Source: a virus (lineage: Duplodnaviria > Caudoviricetes). Taken from it: a stretch of 56,589 nucleotides of DNA. The notes under the pieces were generated by a model. The model ran no database searches. It was given only the letters and a program-made list of their open reading frames with translations, and was not told the origin of the DNA. A program made the translations under genes and the position numbers. The stretch lies in the IMG/VR virus record IMGVR_UViG_3300049893_000970, positions 1 through 56,589 of that record. One strand, 5' to 3'. Of this stretch, positions 56,339 to 56,589 are shown piece by piece (positions within the stretch are counted from its first letter, which is position 1; every line of letters begins with the position of its first letter).

Positions 56339-56589
56339 TCTACCTCGCTGACCCCGACGTGGCGCTCTACCACGGGGACGCCTTGGTGGTCCTGCGGCAA
56401 CTACCGGATGAGTCAGTGGACTGCTGTGCGACAAGCCCGCCCTACTGGGGGCTTCGTGACTATGGGCCCATCGGGCAGGTTGGGTTGGAACCGACACCAG
56501 CCGAATACGTGGAGCGGCTCGTCGCGATCTTCGCGGAGGTCCGTCGCGTGCTCACCGCCGGCGGAACGCTCTGGCTCAACCTCGGGGAT
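56335..56589 (+). CDS. Beta-class DNA methyltransferase (N4-C/N6-A family), 5' part; continues through the junction to 967
   Basis: ATG 56335 gives MIYLADPDVALYHGDAL...DCCATSPPYWGLRDY; catalytic SPPY motif; overlaps the upstream stop (ATGA). Confidence 0.92.
   Translation, partial: MIYLADPDVALYHGDALVVLRQLPDESVDCCATSPPYWGLRDYGPIGQVGLEPTPAEYVERLVAIFAEVRRVLTAGGTLWLNLGD

Overview
The window is an apparently complete circular genome (~56,462 bp) of a high-GC tailed phage with a siphovirus-type gene set. Bases 1-127 are identical to 56463-56589, most likely an assembly overlap, and a DNA methyltransferase gene spans that junction. An Actinomycetota host is inferred from GC content and gene families. 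Every credible gene is on the + strand. Gene order: terS, a helically phased repeat array, terL, a glycan-modification cluster, DUF1360-like protein, portal, a gpF/protease fusion, an inserted promoter-GT-tRNA cassette, major capsid, tail genes including two Gly-Ala-Thr collagen-like fibres, a GT4/methyltransferase pair, lysis genes, then early genes (DUF932-like, ERF, HTH initiator with iteron-like repeats, nucleases, ParB-methyltransferase) and a mosaic run of small genes. No integrase or DNA polymerase was recognised. Three observations stand out: (1) an ACCTC/GAGGT lattice with ~10.2-bp period between terS and terL; (2) an array of small genes that each start with the same DNA repeat (MTPDLQAA); (3) a ten-enzyme putative virion glycosylation toolkit paired with Thr-rich collagen fibres. 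Product calls come from motif recognition and synteny only; no database search was run.
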